Assembly (NCBI GenBank): GCA_964291285.2
Contig: OZ219787.1
Location: 672,001 to 736,000, forward strand
Length of the DNA: 64,000 nt
Reading direction: 5' to 3'
From: Alphaproteobacteria bacterium
Lineage (GTDB): Bacteria > Pseudomonadota > Alphaproteobacteria > Bin95
Made by a program: the position numbers and the translations under genes. Below, piece by piece: positions 19,023-28,374 of the stretch. The notes under the pieces are model-generated. The model saw only the letters and a program-made list of their open reading frames with translations. It was not told the origin of the DNA and did not search any database. Position 1 is the stretch's first letter. Each line of letters starts with the position of its first letter.

Positions 19023-19691
19023 ATGGACGGCGGAATTCCGTTCTTCGACCTGTTGTTCTTCGCCATGGTGGCGGCGTTCCTCGTCTTCCGGCTGCGCAGC
19101 GTTCTGGGCCGCCGCCAGGGGCACCACCAGGCGCCTCCGCAGGCGGAGCCGAATGCCGCCGGCGATGCGAACTCCAACGACAATGTGATAGCGCTGCCCG
19201 ACCGCAACAAGGACGAGGACGAAGAGAGCGACGGCACGCCGCTCGGAGACGGCATACGGCAGATCCGGGGCGTGGACGCGAGCTTCGACCCGGAACTGTT
19301 CGCTTCGGGCGCGCGCGCGGCGTTCGAGATGATCGTCAATGCGTTTGCCGGCGGCGACCGGGACACGCTCCGGCCGCTGACCAGCGCCGAGGTGTTCGGC
19401 AATTTCGAGCGGACCATCGCGGACCGGGAGGAGAAGGGCCATATCCTCGAGGCGACGCTGATCGGCATCAAGGAAGCCGAGCTCACCGATGCCGGGCTCG
19501 ACGGCCATGAAGCCTGGGCGACGGTCCGCTTCGTCTCGGAGCAGGTCGGCGTGCTGCGCGATTCGGAAGGGCAGACGCTCTCCGGCGCAACCAACGCCAT
19601 CGAGGAGATCACCGACGTGTGGACCTTCGCCCGAGACACGCGGTCGCCCGACCCCAATTGGCGGCTGGTCGCAACCGGGGGCGAAAGCTGA
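19023..19691 (+). CDS. Tim44/TimA family protein
   Basis: LRSVLGRR, FDPELFASGARAAFEMIV, DVWTFAR..DPNWRL; divergent from fxsA-secB as is usual in Alphaproteobacteria. Confidence 0.88.
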   Translation: MDGGIPFFDLLFFAMVAAFLVFRLRSVLGRRQGHHQAPPQAEPNAAGDANSNDNVIALPDRNKDEDEESDGTPLGDGIRQIRGVDASFDPELFASGARAAFEMIVNAFAGGDRDTLRPLTSAEVFGNFERTIADREEKGHILEATLIGIKEAELTDAGLDGHEAWATVRFVSEQVGVLRDSEGQTLSGATNAIEEITDVWTFARDTRSPDPNWRLVATGGES

Positions 19692-19716
19692 GCCTGTCCC
19701 GACCCCGGAGAACACC

Positions 19717-20559
19717 ATGACCGGATCATCGACCGCCATGATCGGCAAGCGCGGGCTCGTCATGGGCATGGCGAACGACCGCTCCATCGCCTGGGGGATC
19801 GCGCAGGCGCTGGCGGAGAGCGGTGCCGAACTCGCCATCACCTACCAGACGGAGCAGCTTGCCAAGCGCGTCCGCCCGCTCGCCGAGTCGCTGGGCGCGG
19901 CGCTGGTGCTGCCGGCCGATGTCGCCGACGACGCCAGCATGGACGCCCTGTTCGAGACGCTGGCGGCCGAATGGGGCCGGCTCGATTTCGTCGTCCACGC
20001 CATCGCCTTTTCCGACAAAGACCAGCTCAAGGGCCGCTATGTCGATACGACGCGCGAGAACTTCCGCATGTCGCTCGACATCTCCTGCTTCTCCTTCACG
20101 GACCTCGCCCGCAGGGCCTCGGCGCTGATGGAGCCGGGGGCGGCGATGCTGACGCTCACCTATTACGGCGCCGAGCAGGTGATGCCGCACTACAATGTCA
20201 TGGGCGTCGCCAAGGCCGCGCTGGAAGCGAGCGTGCGCTACATGGCGGCCGATTTCGGCAATGACGGCATCCGCGTCAACGCCATATCGGCCGGGCCGGT
20301 CAAGACCCTCGCAGCGTCCGGGATCGGCGATTTCCGTTTCATCCTGAGGTGGAACGAGCTGAACTCGCCGCTGCAGGCCAATGTCACCCTGGAGCAGATC
20401 GGCCAGTCCGCCCTATACCTGCTCAGCCCGATGAGCGCCGGCGTTACCGGCGAGGTGCATCATGTGGATTGCGGCTACCACACCGTCGGCATGATGAACC
20501 CGCACCGGGCGGGGGACACGTCGGACCTGCTGGCGAGCTTCAAGCCGAAATACGGCTGA
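19717..20559 (+). CDS. fabI: Enoyl-ACP reductase FabI
   Basis: [46 protein letters not shown]. Confidence 0.95.
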   Translation: MTGSSTAMIGKRGLVMGMANDRSIAWGIAQALAESGAELAITYQTEQLAKRVRPLAESLGAALVLPADVADDASMDALFETLAAEWGRLDFVVHAIAFSDKDQLKGRYVDTTRENFRMSLDISCFSFTDLARRASALMEPGAAMLTLTYYGAEQVMPHYNVMGVAKAALEASVRYMAADFGNDGIRVNAISAGPVKTLAASGIGDFRFILRWNELNSPLQANVTLEQIGQSALYLLSPMSAGVTGEVHHVDCGYHTVGMMNPHRAGDTSDLLASFKPKYG

Positions 20560-21632
20560 TGGCCTCCAACGGGTTCGGACAGGCCTTTCGCTTCACCACA
20601 TGGGGAGAGAGCCACGGGCCGGCCATAGGCTGCGTCGTGGACGGCTGCCCGCCCGGCATTCCGCTCGCCGAGGACGACCTCCAGGTCTGGCTCGACAAGC
20701 GCCGGCCCGGCCAGTCGCGCTTTACGACACAACGCCGGGAGCCGGACAGCGTGCGCATCCTCTCCGGTGTGTTCGAGGGGCAGACGACAGGCACCCCCAT
20801 CGGCCTCGTGATCGAGAATGTGGACCAACGCTCCCGGGACTACTCGAAAATCGCCGACCGCTTCCGCCCCGGCCATGCCGACTACACCTACTGGCGGAAA
20901 TACGGCATTCGCGACTATCGCGGCGGCGGGCGGTCGTCGGCCCGCGAAACCGCCATGCGGGTGGCGGCCGGAGGCATCGCGCGCAAGGTTCTCGGCGACG
21001 GAGTGTCGATCCGCGGCGCGTTGGTCCAGATCGGGGAAAAGCGCGTGGACGGCGCGCGCTGGGACTGGAACGCCGTCGGGGACAATCCCTTCTTCTGCCC
21101 GGACGCCGCCGCAGCCGAGGAATGGGCGGACTATCTGGATGCGGTGCGCAAGGCCGGGTCGTCGGTGGGCGCGGTCATCGAGGTCGTCGCGGAGGGCGTG
21201 CCGGCCGGCCTCGGCGAGCCGGTCTATGGCAAGCTCGACGGGGACCTTGCCGCCGCGATGATGAGCATCAATGCCGTAAAGGGCGTCGAGATCGGCGACG
21301 GCTTCGCTTCGGCGGCGAAGCGCGGCGAAGATGCGCATGACGAGATGGCCCCGGACGGCGAAGGCGGCATCGCCTTCCTCTCCAACAATGCCGGCGGCGT
21401 GCTGGGCGGCATTTCCTCGGGCCAGCCCGTAGTTGCGCGTTTTGCTGTCAAGCCGACCAGCTCGATCCTGCTTCCGCGCCGGGGCGTCACCGAGGCGGGC
21501 GAGGCCGTCGAGATCGTCACCACGGGCCGCCACGACCCCTGCGTCGGCATCCGCGCCGTGCCGGTCGGTGAAGCGATGATGGCGCTGGTGCTCGCGGACC
21601 ACCTGCTCCGGCACCGCGCCCAGACAGGCTGA
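20559..21632 (+). CDS. aroC: Chorismate synthase
   Basis: [28 protein letters not shown]. Confidence 0.96.
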   Translation: MASNGFGQAFRFTTWGESHGPAIGCVVDGCPPGIPLAEDDLQVWLDKRRPGQSRFTTQRREPDSVRILSGVFEGQTTGTPIGLVIENVDQRSRDYSKIADRFRPGHADYTYWRKYGIRDYRGGGRSSARETAMRVAAGGIARKVLGDGVSIRGALVQIGEKRVDGARWDWNAVGDNPFFCPDAAAAEEWADYLDAVRKAGSSVGAVIEVVAEGVPAGLGEPVYGKLDGDLAAAMMSINAVKGVEIGDGFASAAKRGEDAHDEMAPDGEGGIAFLSNNAGGVLGGISSGQPVVARFAVKPTSSILLPRRGVTEAGEAVEIVTTGRHDPCVGIRAVPVGEAMMALVLADHLLRHRAQTG

Positions 21633-21694
21633 CGCCGGCACTTCCCCGCTTCCGGCCTGCGGGCCAGAATATGCGAAACAGCCGGAGGATCAGG

Positions 21695-22900
21695 ATGTCC
21701 GGACCGCTTGCCGGATTGCGCGTGATCGACCTCACCACCGTGATGTACGGCCCCTACTGCACCCAGTTGATGGGCGACTACGGAGCCGATGTGGTGAAAG
21801 TCGAGCCGCCGGGAGGCGATATAAGCCGGCAGGTAGGGCCGCGCCGCAACGGGGGCATGGCGGCCGGCATCCTCACCAAGGCGCGCAACAAGCGCAGCCT
21901 CGTGCTCGACCTGAAGCGGCCCGCCGGGCGCGACGCGCTTTACCGGCTGGCCCGGACGGCCGACGTGTTCATCCACAATATGCGCCCGAAGCCCGCCGCC
22001 CGGCTCGGGATCGACTATGCGGTGATCGCCGGGCATCGGCCCGATATCGTCTATTGCACCGCCGTCGGCTTCGGCAAGGACGGCCCCTATGCCGACAAGC
22101 CTGCCTATGACGACCTGATCCAGGGCGTCTCCGGGCTCGCCTGGCTGGAGGGCGCGCAAACCGGCGGCGCGCCGCGCTACGCCCCCTCCGTGCTCGCCGA
22201 CAAGACCAGCGGCCTGTTCGCGCTCTTCTCGATCCTGATGGCGCTCCACCATCGCGCCCGGACCGGCGAGGGACAGGAAATCCACTGCGGCATGTTTGAG
22301 TGTTTCGCCTCCTTCGTGATGAACGAGCACCAGCAGGGGCGCACCTTCGACCCGCCGCTCGGGCCCGCCGGCTACGAGCGCCTGCTGACGCCCTGGCGCC
22401 GGCCGCACGAAACCGCCGACGGGCATCTCTGCGTGCTGCCCTACAACGACCGCCACTGGCGCCGTTTCTTCGAGATCGCCGGGCAGCCGGAGCTCGCGGA
22501 AGACGAGCGGTTCGCGAACATGACCGCCCGCTCGCGGAACATCGAGGCGCTCTACCGGATCCTCGCCGACATCATGCGGGGCCGGACGACGGCGGACTGG
22601 CTGGCGGAACTGGAAGGCGCCGACATTCCCTGCATGCCGATGCACTCCCCCGAAACGCTGTTCGACGACCCGCATCTGCAGGCCGTGGATTTCTTTAGGA
22701 CCTTCGACCACCCCTCCGAAGGCCGCCTCGTGCATATGCGGCCTCCCGTCTCCTTCTCGAAGACGCCGGGTTCGATCCGCCTCCAGGCGCCGCAGGCCGG
22801 CCAACACAGCGAGGAAGTGCTGCGCGAGGCGGGGCTCGACGCGGCGGAAATCCGGGCGCTGGTCGAGGCGGGCGTGACGGCGACGGCCGCAGAGCCATGA
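21695..22900 (+). CDS. Family III CoA transferase (CaiB/BaiF)
   Basis: PLAGLRVIDL, GADVVKVEPPGGD, NKRSLVLDLK, PAYDDLIQ. Confidence 0.9.
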   Translation: MSGPLAGLRVIDLTTVMYGPYCTQLMGDYGADVVKVEPPGGDISRQVGPRRNGGMAAGILTKARNKRSLVLDLKRPAGRDALYRLARTADVFIHNMRPKPAARLGIDYAVIAGHRPDIVYCTAVGFGKDGPYADKPAYDDLIQGVSGLAWLEGAQTGGAPRYAPSVLADKTSGLFALFSILMALHHRARTGEGQEIHCGMFECFASFVMNEHQQGRTFDPPLGPAGYERLLTPWRRPHETADGHLCVLPYNDRHWRRFFEIAGQPELAEDERFANMTARSRNIEALYRILADIMRGRTTADWLAELEGADIPCMPMHSPETLFDDPHLQAVDFFRTFDHPSEGRLVHMRPPVSFSKTPGSIRLQAPQAGQHSEEVLREAGLDAAEIRALVEAGVTATAAEP

Positions 22901-24030
22901 ACGACGCCGTCCGGAGTCCGCTCTTCAACGACAACCGCATCAAGCTCGGCGTGATGGCGTTCAACTGCTCGCACGGCTCCACCGTGACGACGGCGGACGG
23001 CGCCTGGCCGATGACATGGGAGGACAACCGGGCGCTCGCCCGCATGGCGGACGCCGCCGGTTTCGAGGCGCTGCTGCCGGTCGGGCGCTGGAAGGGCTAT
23101 GGCGGCGAGACCAATTTCAACAACCGGACCTTCGAGAGCCTGACCTGGGCGGCCGGCATTGCGGCCGAGACCTCGCACGCCACCGTCTTCTCGACCGTCC
23201 ATGCGCCGCTCGTCCACCCGGTCGCGGCCGCGAAGATGGGCGCGACCGTGGACCATATTTCGGGAGGCCGCTTCGCGCTCAACCTCGTAGCCGGATGGTT
23301 CAGGAACGAGTTCGACATGTTCGGCATCGAAATGCGCGCCCATGACGACCGCTACGCCTATGCCGAGGAATGGCTTTCGCTGGTGAAGCGCCTCTGGAGC
23401 GAGCGGGAACCTTTTGACCTCGACGGACGCTTCTTCAGCGGCAGGGCGCTCTGGAGCGAGCCGAAACCCCTCCAGCGTCCGAGGCCACCGATCATGAACG
23501 CCGGCAGTTCGTCCGCCGGACAGGCATTCTCCGCCGCCCATGCCGACATGAATTTCGTCATGCTGCGCCAGAAGGACGAGGGCAGCGACCGCGCGCAGAT
23601 CGCGCACCTCAAGGCCATGGCCGCCGACCTCGGCCGGGCCTCGCAATGCTGGATCCACGGCTATGTCGTCTGCCGGCCGACCCGGCGCGAGGCCGAGGGC
23701 TATCTCCACCACTATGTCGTCGAGCGCGGCGACGACGTGGCGGTCGCCAACATGCTGGACATCTTCGGGCTGCAGTCCGGCACCCTGGAGCCGGCGGTGA
23801 TGGACGCCTTCCGCTTCCACTTCAAGGCGGGCCACGGCGGCTATCCGCTGGTCGGGGCGCCGGAGGACATTGTGGAAGAGTTGGAGCGGCTTTCGGACAT
23901 GGGCGTGGACGGGCTGCTGCTCTCCTGGGTGGATTATCTCGGCGAGTGCCGCCAGTGGATCGAGGAGGTGATGCCGCTGATGGAGGCGGCCGGCCAGCGC
24001 CGCCCGTTCACGGCCCGCGCGACCGCATAG
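22897..24030 (+). CDS. LLM-class flavin-dependent monooxygenase (RutA/SsuD-like)
   Basis: RWKGYGG, HPVAAAKMGATVDHISGGRF, GWFRNEF, NAGSS. Confidence 0.88.
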   Translation: MNDAVRSPLFNDNRIKLGVMAFNCSHGSTVTTADGAWPMTWEDNRALARMADAAGFEALLPVGRWKGYGGETNFNNRTFESLTWAAGIAAETSHATVFSTVHAPLVHPVAAAKMGATVDHISGGRFALNLVAGWFRNEFDMFGIEMRAHDDRYAYAEEWLSLVKRLWSEREPFDLDGRFFSGRALWSEPKPLQRPRPPIMNAGSSSAGQAFSAAHADMNFVMLRQKDEGSDRAQIAHLKAMAADLGRASQCWIHGYVVCRPTRREAEGYLHHYVVERGDDVAVANMLDIFGLQSGTLEPAVMDAFRFHFKAGHGGYPLVGAPEDIVEELERLSDMGVDGLLLSWVDYLGECRQWIEEVMPLMEAAGQRRPFTARATA

Positions 24031-24076
24031 GCGCAGCCGTTATAATGCGCCCGGACACCTGCCCCGGAGGACCCCG

Positions 24077-24466
24077 ATGACCCGCGACGAACTCAAGGAA
24101 ATCACGCTCCAGTTTACCGACGCCTTCAACCGCGACGACCTCGACGGCGTCATGGCCTGGTTCGCCGACGACGCGGTCTATGACGAGTTCCACGGCGCCC
24201 GGCACGAGGGCAAGGAGGCGATCCGCGCGGCATTCGAGCCGATGTTCGCGGGCAAATTCGGCAAGGTGCGCTTCGAGGAGGAGGACCTGTTCCTCGACCC
24301 GGAGGACGGCAAGGCAATGATTTCCTGGTCCTGCGTGCTCACCACGCCGGAACGGTCGAGCGCCTGGCGCGGCCTCGACCTGCTGCATGTCGAGGGCGGC
24401 AAAATCACCGCCAAGCACACCTACGCCAAGACAGCCCGCCCCCTGTTCGAGGCCCGGGCCGCCTGA
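24077..24466 (+). CDS. NTF2/SnoaL-like protein
   Basis: FTDAFNRDDLD..FADDAVY..GKEAIR pattern; GGAGG SD. Confidence 0.8.
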   Translation: MTRDELKEITLQFTDAFNRDDLDGVMAWFADDAVYDEFHGARHEGKEAIRAAFEPMFAGKFGKVRFEEEDLFLDPEDGKAMISWSCVLTTPERSSAWRGLDLLHVEGGKITAKHTYAKTARPLFEARAA

Positions 24467-24521
24467 CCGGATCCGGTAGGGCTCGGAACCGAACGGCTTC
24501 CTGCCCCCCGGACCTGTCGCG

Positions 24522-24845
24522 CTATTGTGCCACCGAGCGCGCCGTCGGAACCACGCGGGTGACCTGGATCAGGTCGCGGTCGATGAGGTCCACGACCTTG
24601 GGCGCGACCTCGTTCTTCCAGAAATCGCTCTCGTAAACGGCGGCGTAGAGCGCTTCGCGGCTCTCTTCGCTCTCGAAACGGCGCGTCCAGAAATAGACCG
24701 AGTCGTCCTCCTCGCCGCGGTAGCTGCCGGTGATGACCATGCCCTTGGAGACCTGAAACGGGATGATCGTCCCCTCCATGAACTCGAGCCACTGTTCCAT
24801 CTTGCCGGGCCGGACCGTGTACCGGCGAAGCTCGTAAAACGCCAT
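24522..24845 (-). CDS. NIPSNAP family protein
   Basis: YELRRYTVRPGK, WTRRFES. Confidence 0.8.
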   Translation of the reverse strand: MAFYELRRYTVRPGKMEQWLEFMEGTIIPFQVSKGMVITGSYRGEEDDSVYFWTRRFESEESREALYAAVYESDFWKNEVAPKVVDLIDRDLIQVTRVVPTARSVAQ

Positions 24846-24989
24846 TCGGATGCTCCCTTCTCTTCCGGAAATGCCGGGCGATCCTGCATCGATACCCCGG
24901 CGGAAGGAGCGCGACAAGCGGCATAGGATGGGGCAACCGCTTCCGCGGCCGTTCTGCTATGCTTGCCCGCAAACGACGGGAGACGGGCC

Positions 24990-25328
24990 ATGACGAGAAT
25001 AATCGCCGTAGTCACCTACGGATTGCCGGAAGGCACCGACCGGGAAACGGCCGTGCAGATGTTCCGCGATTCGATCCCGCGCTACATGGCCACCGAGGGG
25101 CTGATCCGCAAGAACGTCCTCTACAGGGACGGCCTCGGCGGGGGAATCTATCTCTGGGAGTCCCGCGAAGCAGCGGAGAAGGGCTACAACGCCGAATGGG
25201 TCGCCTACATGACGGCGAAATACGACCACCCGCCGCAGATCGAGATGTATGAGATGCCCATCACGATGGACCGGGAATACAACACGGTTTACGACGAGGG
25301 CGCGGCCTACGACGAAGCGGCCGAGTAG
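24990..25328 (+). CDS. YdhR-like monooxygenase / dimeric alpha-beta barrel protein
   Basis: GLIRK..GGIYLWESREAA motif. Confidence 0.7.
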   Translation: MTRIIAVVTYGLPEGTDRETAVQMFRDSIPRYMATEGLIRKNVLYRDGLGGGIYLWESREAAEKGYNAEWVAYMTAKYDHPPQIEMYEMPITMDREYNTVYDEGAAYDEAAE

Positions 25329-25349
25329 CCGCCCCGCCATAGTTTCCCC

Positions 25350-25384
25350 AAAGCCGGCGCCGGTGAGGCCGCGCCGGCTTTTTT
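25350..25384. terminator. Probable bidirectional intrinsic terminator
   Basis: AAAGCCGGCGC...GCGCCGGCTTTTTT hairpin between convergent genes. Confidence 0.7.
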
Positions 25385-25394
25385 CTTCAGCGCG

Positions 25395-26243
25395 CTACTC
25401 CGCGGCCAGCGTGTCCGCTGTGGCCGGCGCGTCGGCCTGCGCGCGGTCCATTGCTTCCCAGTCGAACAGCGCGGGCTGCTTCTCGACGAAGCGGGCAACC
25501 GCCGCCGCGTGGTACTCGGAGCCGGACGCGACCGACTGGGCGAAGGCCTCCATCTCCAGCATGGTGCGGTGGTCGAGGTTGAAGGACTGGTTGAGGATGG
25601 TCTTGGAAAGGCCGATGGCGGTCGTCGAGGCCTTCGTGAAACGCCCCGCCAGCTCTCGCGCCGCGTCCATGAGCGCGTCTTCCTCGTGCAGCTCATGGAC
25701 GATGCCGTATTCCCTGGCCTCGGCCGCGCCGAGCTTGCGGGCGCTGAAGATCAGTTCCTTCGCCCTTTGCAGCCCGACGATGCGCGGCAGCAGGTAGAAG
25801 CCCGACCAGTCGGGCACCAGCCCGATGCGCCCGAAAGCCTGCATGAAGATCGAACGCGGCGTGGCGAGGATGAAGTCACAAGCGAGCGCAAGGTTGCAGC
25901 CGGCCCCGGCGGCCGCGCCGTTGACCGCAGCAATGACCGGCATTTCCAGGTTCATGAGGTCGTAGAAGCGGTTGTGGCCCTCGCGCATCCGCCGGCGATT
26001 GAACTCGGCGCCCTTCTGGCGCGACTGCATCGCCTTCACATCGCCCCCGGCGCAGAACGCCCGGCCCGCCCCGGTGACGATCGCCGCCTTGATGCTGCGC
26101 CCGCCCTCGCGCTTGAGCTCGGCCAACACGGCGTCGAGCTCGGACCGCATGGGCTCCGAGAGCGCATTGCGCGCCTCCGGACGGTTGAGCGTAATCGTCG
26201 CAATCTCGTCGGCCACATCGAAGATCAGATGCTGAAATGCCAT
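25395..26243 (-). CDS. Enoyl-CoA hydratase/isomerase
   Basis: FCAGGDV, AAGAGCNLALACD, GLVPDWSG. Confidence 0.9.
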   Translation of the reverse strand: MAFQHLIFDVADEIATITLNRPEARNALSEPMRSELDAVLAELKREGGRSIKAAIVTGAGRAFCAGGDVKAMQSRQKGAEFNRRRMREGHNRFYDLMNLEMPVIAAVNGAAAGAGCNLALACDFILATPRSIFMQAFGRIGLVPDWSGFYLLPRIVGLQRAKELIFSARKLGAAEAREYGIVHELHEEDALMDAARELAGRFTKASTTAIGLSKTILNQSFNLDHRTMLEMEAFAQSVASGSEYHAAAVARFVEKQPALFDWEAMDRAQADAPATADTLAAE

Positions 26244-26343
26244 CGGGGCGTTCCTCTGTCAGGTCGTTGCATTCCTCGCGAACATAGCGGACGCGGCGCG
26301 GCGGGCAATCTGCCGGCGCCCCCGCCGGCAACGCCTGTCCACC

Positions 26344-27498
26344 TCAATGCCCGAAGGCGGGCATAACGTCCTCCGCCACGCGGTCGAACTGCTCCAGCAT
26401 CTGGGCGGTCGGCGTGCCCATGCTGGTGGAGACGTTGATGTGCTCCATGCCGGGGTAGCGTTCTTCCAGCTGCTTCAGGCGCTCGACCAGCTCCTCGGCG
26501 GTGCCCGCGAACCAGGCGCCGAGGTCCATGAAATGCTCCAGCCTCGGCACGCCGTTTCCGTACCAGCCGCCCCGGCGCGATGCCGCCTTCACGCCTTCGG
26601 GCGAAATGCCCGGCACGAAGCCCAGCGGTGCGAATATCTTCACATGCTCCTCATAGAGCGGTGTCATTTCGCGGACCGCCTGTTCCTTCGTGTCGGCGAG
26701 ATAGAAGAAAATCCCGATCGTCAGGTTCTCGCCGAGCTCTAGGTCGAGGCCGGCGCGGGCCGCCGCGTCCCGGTAGCCCTGGATCGGTCCTTCCGCCATG
26801 GTCGCCGCGCCGCCGCCGACGGCGCCCTTGATGCCGTGCCGGACCATGAAGTCCAGCCCGCGCGGATTGGCGCTCACCACCGGTTGCCAGCATTCCACAG
26901 GCAGATTGACCGGGCGCGGCACGAGCGTGATCTCCTCCAGGTCGTAGCCGCGATAGGGCACACGCGGCGGCAGGGTGTAGTGGCTGCCCTCATGGCGGAA
27001 GCTCTCCTCGTTGAACGCTTTGAACATGATCTCGACCTGCTCCTCGAACAGGTCCCGGTTGGCGGTCTGGTCCTGCATCGGCGCGCCGAAGGTCTCGACC
27101 TCGCGGGTGTGGTAGCCGCGCCCGACGCCGAACACGGTGCGCCCCTCTGTCAGGATGTCGGCTGTGGCGAAATCCTCCGCAAGCCGCAGCGGATGCCACA
27201 TCGGCGCGATGTTGAAGCCGCAGCCGATCCTGAGCGAGCGGGTGATATGAGCCAGATGCACCGCGCACATGAGAATGTTCGGGATGCACTCATAGCCCTC
27301 ATGCTGGAAATGGTGCTCAGCCAACCAGAGCGTGTCGAAGCCGATCTCGTCCAGCTTCTGCGCCACCGCGTCGGTCTTGGCGAAGACGGACGCGAGCGCC
27401 TCGTTGGAGTAGCGGCGCTCGTCGGCGGGGGTCGCATCCTGCCCCCGGTCCGGCAGGTCGATATGGCCGGGATAGACGGTGGTGAACTTGCGGATCAT
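26344..27498 (-). CDS. LLM-class flavin-dependent oxidoreductase
   Basis: WLAEHHF, WHPLRLAED, GVGRGY; start at ATG 27498. Confidence 0.88.
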   Translation of the reverse strand: MIRKFTTVYPGHIDLPDRGQDATPADERRYSNEALASVFAKTDAVAQKLDEIGFDTLWLAEHHFQHEGYECIPNILMCAVHLAHITRSLRIGCGFNIAPMWHPLRLAEDFATADILTEGRTVFGVGRGYHTREVETFGAPMQDQTANRDLFEEQVEIMFKAFNEESFRHEGSHYTLPPRVPYRGYDLEEITLVPRPVNLPVECWQPVVSANPRGLDFMVRHGIKGAVGGGAATMAEGPIQGYRDAAARAGLDLELGENLTIGIFFYLADTKEQAVREMTPLYEEHVKIFAPLGFVPGISPEGVKAASRRGGWYGNGVPRLEHFMDLGAWFAGTAEELVERLKQLEERYPGMEHINVSTSMGTPTAQMLEQFDRVAEDVMPAFGH

Positions 27499-27589
27499 GC
27501 AAACCTCCAGAAGAGCCGGGCGCCTGCGGCACCGGGCGGAAGGCAAGGCGGAAACGCTCTTTGCCGGGAGCCGGGCAAGCGGGGAAAGT

Positions 27590-27681
27590 TGGCGGACAGG
27601 GAGGGATTCGAACCCTCGGTACGCCTGTTGACGTACGACGGATTAGCAATCCGCTGGTTTAAGCCACTCACCCACCTGTCC
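27590..27681 (-). tRNA. tRNA-Ser(GCT)
   Basis: GGACAGG acceptor stem, anticodon loop TTGCTAA, long variable arm, GGTTCGAATCC T-arm, encoded CCA; TTGACG -35 at 27724-27719. Confidence 0.93.
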
Positions 27682-27819
27682 CGAAAGCCGGCGAGACTTA
27701 CAGAATCCGGGCCCCCGGCGTCAACGCCCAAACGGCGCTGAGAAACCCGCCGGTCGGTCTTCGAACCGGCTCGCGGGATGTGCTACACTCCCGCTGGCGT
27801 CAACCCCGCGAGAAGCCCC

Positions 27820-28350
27820 ATGATCCGTTCCTGTCTCGTCGCCGCCGCCATCGCCGGGCTCCTGGCTGGCTGCGGCGACGCCAAGGTAGAGCATGATTAT
27901 CCCGACCCGCTGTATCGGCACCTGCCGGGAAGCCAAGGCTCAAGCTACCTTCCGAAAGAAGGCGCACAGGGAATCTTCGGGGAGGGCGGCATCAATCTTC
28001 TTGGAGGAGAGGAGCAGCAGGGCGGCGGTTCCGGGATCGGCGTCAACAGTTTCCTGTGGCGCGCTTCGCTCGACACGCTGTCCTTCATGCCGCTGGCCTC
28101 GGCGGACCCCTTTGGCGGCGTCATCATCACCGAGTGGTTCGCGCCGCCCGAAACGCCGAACGAACGCTTCAAGGTCACGGTGTATATCCTCGACAGGCAG
28201 CTTCGGGCCCACGGCCTAAAAGTCGCGGTATTCCGCCAGGAGAAAGGCGAAGCCGGCTGGGTCGATGCGGCGGTGGACAGCGCCACCCTCACCGAAATCG
28301 AGAACAACATCCTGGTCCGGGCGAGGGAACTGCGCATCGCCAGCCTGTAG
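27820..28350 (+). CDS. DUF3576-type lipoprotein
   Basis: Lipobox LAGC; VNSFLWRASLDTLSFMPL..DPFGGVIITEW; usual position upstream of leuS. Confidence 0.8.
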   Translation: MIRSCLVAAAIAGLLAGCGDAKVEHDYPDPLYRHLPGSQGSSYLPKEGAQGIFGEGGINLLGGEEQQGGGSGIGVNSFLWRASLDTLSFMPLASADPFGGVIITEWFAPPETPNERFKVTVYILDRQLRAHGLKVAVFRQEKGEAGWVDAAVDSATLTEIENNILVRARELRIASL

Positions 28351-28374
28351 CATCCGGGGACACGGAGCGCCTTC

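Noticed and set aside
27590-27681. tRNA-Ser or tRNA-His as an integration site
   Set aside because: No duplicated tRNA 3' end or integrase seen; housekeeping or catabolic genes follow directly
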